From contig NOWV01000165.1 of assembly GCA_003344405.1 (NCBI GenBank), positions 124,001 to 177,176 on the forward strand: DNA of 53,176 nt, in the 5' to 3' direction. The notes under the pieces are model-generated. The model had not been told where the DNA came from and ran no database searches. It worked only from the letters and a program-made list of their open reading frames with translations. Position 1 is the stretch's first letter. Each line of letters opens with the position of its first letter. Shown here piece by piece: positions 51,191 through 53,176 of this stretch. The position numbers and the translations under genes were made by a program. Source of the DNA: Trichoplax sp. H2. Its lineage: Eukaryota.

Positions 51191-51934
51191 CGTCGTCCAT
51201 GGTCATTAAATTATCTGATCAAGCTTGATGTAAATTGATAGTAATCCATTACTAATTTGCACCATAATCCAGTCGTACAGCACTGCATATCAGTTAATAG
51301 AATATTGTATAAGTTACCGGTTCTTGAAAATGAAAGTGATTGATTAATTTAGTATAACTGGATTCAGGTTGATTACTGTAAGGGTATACGTGTCAGGTAC
51401 ATAGCATAGGAACAGATTGGGCAGTTTATCTGTGAAAGGATGGATCTCAATCTACGTACAGTATAATGGAAAATGGAAAATGGAAATAGTATCATCATGA
51501 CGGTTATTGCACTACAAGGATTGAAATGGATAGTTTTAGACATTTTGTCCATGTTTCTATTTTACGATCGTCAAGCTATTGACATCTTCAAATAATAATT
51601 GATGAATTAATAGTATTATCAGAGCACCGGTAGCTTTGCAAACAATGTTTGCCCTTTGCTTGCATTGGCATGACACCGAATTGACTGAATAATACATCAT
51701 TTTCACCTATCCATCCTATTGCCTATATCAAGTGCTTACCCCAATAATGGGAAATGACTGTTAATTTTCGACAGCAGTGTTGAAGGTTAAGGCTGACAAG
51801 GGATCCACATAACCAGAGAGGTCAGTAAAGGGAAATCAGATTGGATCCTACGGTTAGGCTAACTTGACTTGGCTGGCCTTGCAAAAATTCAAAAGCGAAA
51901 GGCAACGTTCGTTTGCAGTCCAATTTTGAGTTGA

Positions 51935-53052
51935 GGTACAGTATACCGTACAGCACAACTTGAGTTCGGACTTGAGTATACTGAAGTCAGTACAGTACGC
52001 CGTAGCGTGACTACTGTACAGTGTACAGTACTGTAGTTTAAAAGTCCATTTTCTTCTTTACTGTACAGTACTTTACTTACAGTATACTGTACTGTACACT
52101 GTACTGTACACTGTATTGCGCTAGAGCAGAAGTCACATGACTTTGTCCTGTCATACAGTACTGTACAGTACAGTGTACAGTACAGAAGAGTGCTAACTTC
52201 CCAGTCCTGTACTGTACAGTACTGTAGATTTCTAGCAGTCCTGTCCTGGTCTTAAGTGTACATACAGTACAGTACTGTACTGTAATGTACTGTACATTGT
52301 GCTATCTTACCGTTGCATCTACTGTACAGTACAGTACAGTACAGTACCGTGACAGCTCCGTACTGTACTGTAATGTACAGTACTGTAGATTTCTAGCTGT
52401 CCTGTCCTGGTCTTCTAAATAAGTGTACTGTACAGTACTGTAATACAAATTTGCTACAGTACGGAAGAGTGCTAACTTCCAGGTACAGTACTGTACATTG
52501 TGGTATCTTACCGTTTCATCTACAGTACTGTAGCGATCTTCACCACCACGTCCGCCTTTGACTGTGATCTGATTTTTCATTTTTGGTGGGAAAGAAAGTA
52601 AAATGACAACGCTCTATTTCAGCGACTCCGTTCTGCTCAGTCCAAAACCTGGTGATTACTCATACCAGTCTTACTTACTAGACACGCCATGGATAACAAG
52701 TTTGTGTCATTTCAAACAGCAACATCGTTCTAGTACTGTACTGTACAGTACATTACTACTACACAGAAGCAGAGTAACGCTTGATTTGAGTCTCTTTTGA
52801 CACTGTAAGTCTGTAGCCAATTTCTCAGTGCTGTTAACTCTACTGTCTACTGTATATAAATCAATCAATCAATAAATGACTAACAAGACTGGATGGTCTG
52901 GTTCCGGTCTACTGTACTGTACAGTGTACAGTACAGTACTGTACAGTATTACAATTCACTGGAGACTGGAGTGGGCTGTCTACAGTAGTTTGTCTTAGCC
53001 TGTACAGTGTACAGTCTACAGTCTACAGTCTACAGTACACAGTGGACAGTAC
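51935..53052. repeat. Low-complexity field of TACAG/CTGTA (TACAGTACTGTA, TACTGTACAGTA) self-complementary motifs with interspersed duplicated blocks
   Basis: Many overlapping tactgtacagta and tacagtactgta palindromes. Duplicated blocks: 'aagagtgctaacttcc' (~52186, 52466), 'tactgtagatttctagc.gtcctgtcctggtc' (~52220, 52381) and 'tatcttaccgtt.catcta' (~52303, 52504). Confidence 0.85.
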
Positions 53053-53176
53053 CCACTTGGCTTGGCATCTCATCTTCTCAATAAACACCCTTCAGTTATC
53101 AATAACATAATCAGTGACCAATCGCACTTTACTCTTCCACTCAACCGTAGTTTAGCACTCACTTCTTGCTGTAGTA

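Noticed and set aside
51023-52800. ORFs 51023-51238, 52302-52580 and 52603-52800 as proteins
   Set aside because: They largely translate tandem or low-complexity repeats (YCTV/STVL runs). The two divergent ATGs are only ~22 bp apart and no homology is recognisable. Only the possible short exon at 52580-52512 is kept, as a hypothesis.

Overview
AT-rich, intron-dense eukaryotic (metazoan) genomic DNA with short GT-AG introns. The style is compatible with a compact early-branching animal genome such as a placozoan, but that is inference only. Positions ~1-44 kb hold a head-to-tail tandem array of four TRPA (TRPA1-like: ankyrin repeats plus 6 TM) ion-channel genes on the + strand. The first is 5'-truncated by the window edge; the other three have ~26 coding exons and ~16-17 ankyrin repeats. 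All four splice without in-frame stops in my manual reconstruction and fall into two sister pairs (1+2, 3+4). They differ at residues that control electrophile sensing and gating in vertebrate TRPA1. A CEP95 (CCDC45) ortholog follows convergently on the - strand (45.1-50.2 kb). Non-coding features include two N gaps with a duplicated flank, a 153-bp tandem repeat, a 189-bp higher-order repeat, several small intronic duplications, and a ~1.1-kb TACAG/CTGTA palindromic field at the right end. Exon coordinates were derived by hand and may be off by a few bases.
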